A DNA stretch of 64,000 bases from a bacterium (lineage in GTDB: Bacteria > Margulisbacteria > WOR-1 > O2-12-FULL-45-9 > XYB2-FULL-48-7): the NCBI GenBank assembly GCA_043812655.1, contig JBDRLW010000008.1, positions 58,384 through 122,383 of the forward strand. Reading direction: 5' to 3'. Of this stretch, positions 63,347 through 64,000 are shown piece after piece. A model generated the notes under the pieces. That model ran no database searches, had not been told where the DNA came from, and saw only the letters and a list, made by a program, of their open reading frames with translations. The translations under genes and the position numbers were made by a program. Numbering within the stretch: position 1 is the first letter of the stretch; every line of letters begins with the position of its first letter.

Positions 63347-63643
63347 CTAGCCCACCGCCACCCGATGCCTATCAACTAATTCGCCTTTCTTCCCTTTGTT
63401 CCAACCGGAAATCCTCGAAAAATAACCGGTTACCCTGGTTATATGTTCCACATTCCTGCCCGCAACGAGGATCTGGTCAAGCTTCTCCGCCGAGAGCGTC
63501 GCCAAGGCTTTGGGCTCAACCTTGATCTTGTCATGTTCGCCATCATACTCTTCATGGCGAAAGTAAAAGTTACCCTCTTCATCCTTGGCCCATAAAACAT
63601 TGGGCCGCGACTCTAAATAGCCATTTAATTCTTCGATCGTCAT
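63347..63643 (-). CDS. Stand-alone NrdD C-terminal (glycyl-radical loop) protein
   Basis: ITRVTGYFSRISGWNKGKKGELVDR matches the class III RNR C-terminus; the protein is only 98 aa. Confidence 0.75.
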   Translation of the reverse strand: MTIEELNGYLESRPNVLWAKDEEGNFYFRHEEYDGEHDKIKVEPKALATLSAEKLDQILVAGRNVEHITRVTGYFSRISGWNKGKKGELVDRHRVAVG

Positions 63644-64000
63644 TATTTCTCACCCCCTTTTTTGCTTATTTGCTTCAGTGTAATGCCGGCTAATTTAATT
63701 TTTAGCGTTTGGTCGAGTTCTTTTAAGACCCGGTGGAGCGGGCAAGCTTTTTGCAAAAAACAACCGCCGCCCTTCCTTAGACATTTATTTAAACAGAAGT
63801 TAGCTTCAAATATCGCGATCACTTGGAACAGAGAAACATCAGGCTTTACCAAACGGATACCGCCATCTTTTCCTTTACGTGATCCGATGATCTTATTTTT
63901 AACCAGCGTTTGGACGATCTTGGCCCAAAAAACCGGCGGGACGCGCAGCTTTTTGATCAAAATAGAAGACGGGATCCACTCCCCCTCTTTTTGTCCGGCC
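63643..64000 (-). CDS. Rrf2-family regulator with three Cys (start outside the window)
   Basis: SRKGKDGG; CL..KC.....CF....CPLH. Confidence 0.8.
   Translation of the reverse strand, partial: AGQKEGEWIPSSILIKKLRVPPVFWAKIVQTLVKNKIIGSRKGKDGGIRLVKPDVSLFQVIAIFEANFCLNKCLRKGGGCFLQKACPLHRVLKELDQTLKIKLAGITLKQISKKGGEK

Overview
A 64 kb window of ordinary bacterial chromosome, roughly 44% GC by eye and mostly minus-strand genes. The organism looks like an anaerobe or microaerophile with an outer membrane. Gene style and the CAT tRNA are compatible with a non-photosynthetic relative of Cyanobacteria such as Ca. Saganbacteria/Margulisbacteria, but that is inference only. Contents from left to right: partial Type IIG/ISP-like restriction-modification gene; NrpR plus a PEP-synthase-like gene divergent from gdhA; a MacAB-TolC-type exporter with two outer-membrane beta-barrel paralogues; DUF2294 followed by pckG-purC-carbonic anhydrase-ndk; metH; tsaEB/rimI; folPK; tilS; tRNA(CAT); nadA/mnmA/iscSU; larE; Rrf2-metY-cysK-metX-metW; Ca and Cu P-type ATPases; decayed iscS/tusA; a DEAD-box helicase; an M13 peptidase; rsgA; an HNH gene plus tRNA-Asn; mtnP-apt-mtnA; glgP; and an Rrf2/rubrerythrin stress cluster. 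I found no CRISPR array, rRNA, intact transposase or integrase. The most unusual signals are non-coding. (1) A tRNA(CAT) gene is split into four collinear pieces by three twin-hairpin insertions, with an intact copy nested in the loop of one hairpin (27334-27701). (2) A DUF559 nuclease is bracketed by inverted REP-like repeats, and a gene-less copy of the repeat pair lies elsewhere. (3) A structured, terminator-containing leader lies between DUF2294 and CO2-handling genes. (4) A stand-alone NrdD glycyl-radical domain sits in a stress operon. (5) Several families of palindromes and in-frame heptamer arrays occur across the window.
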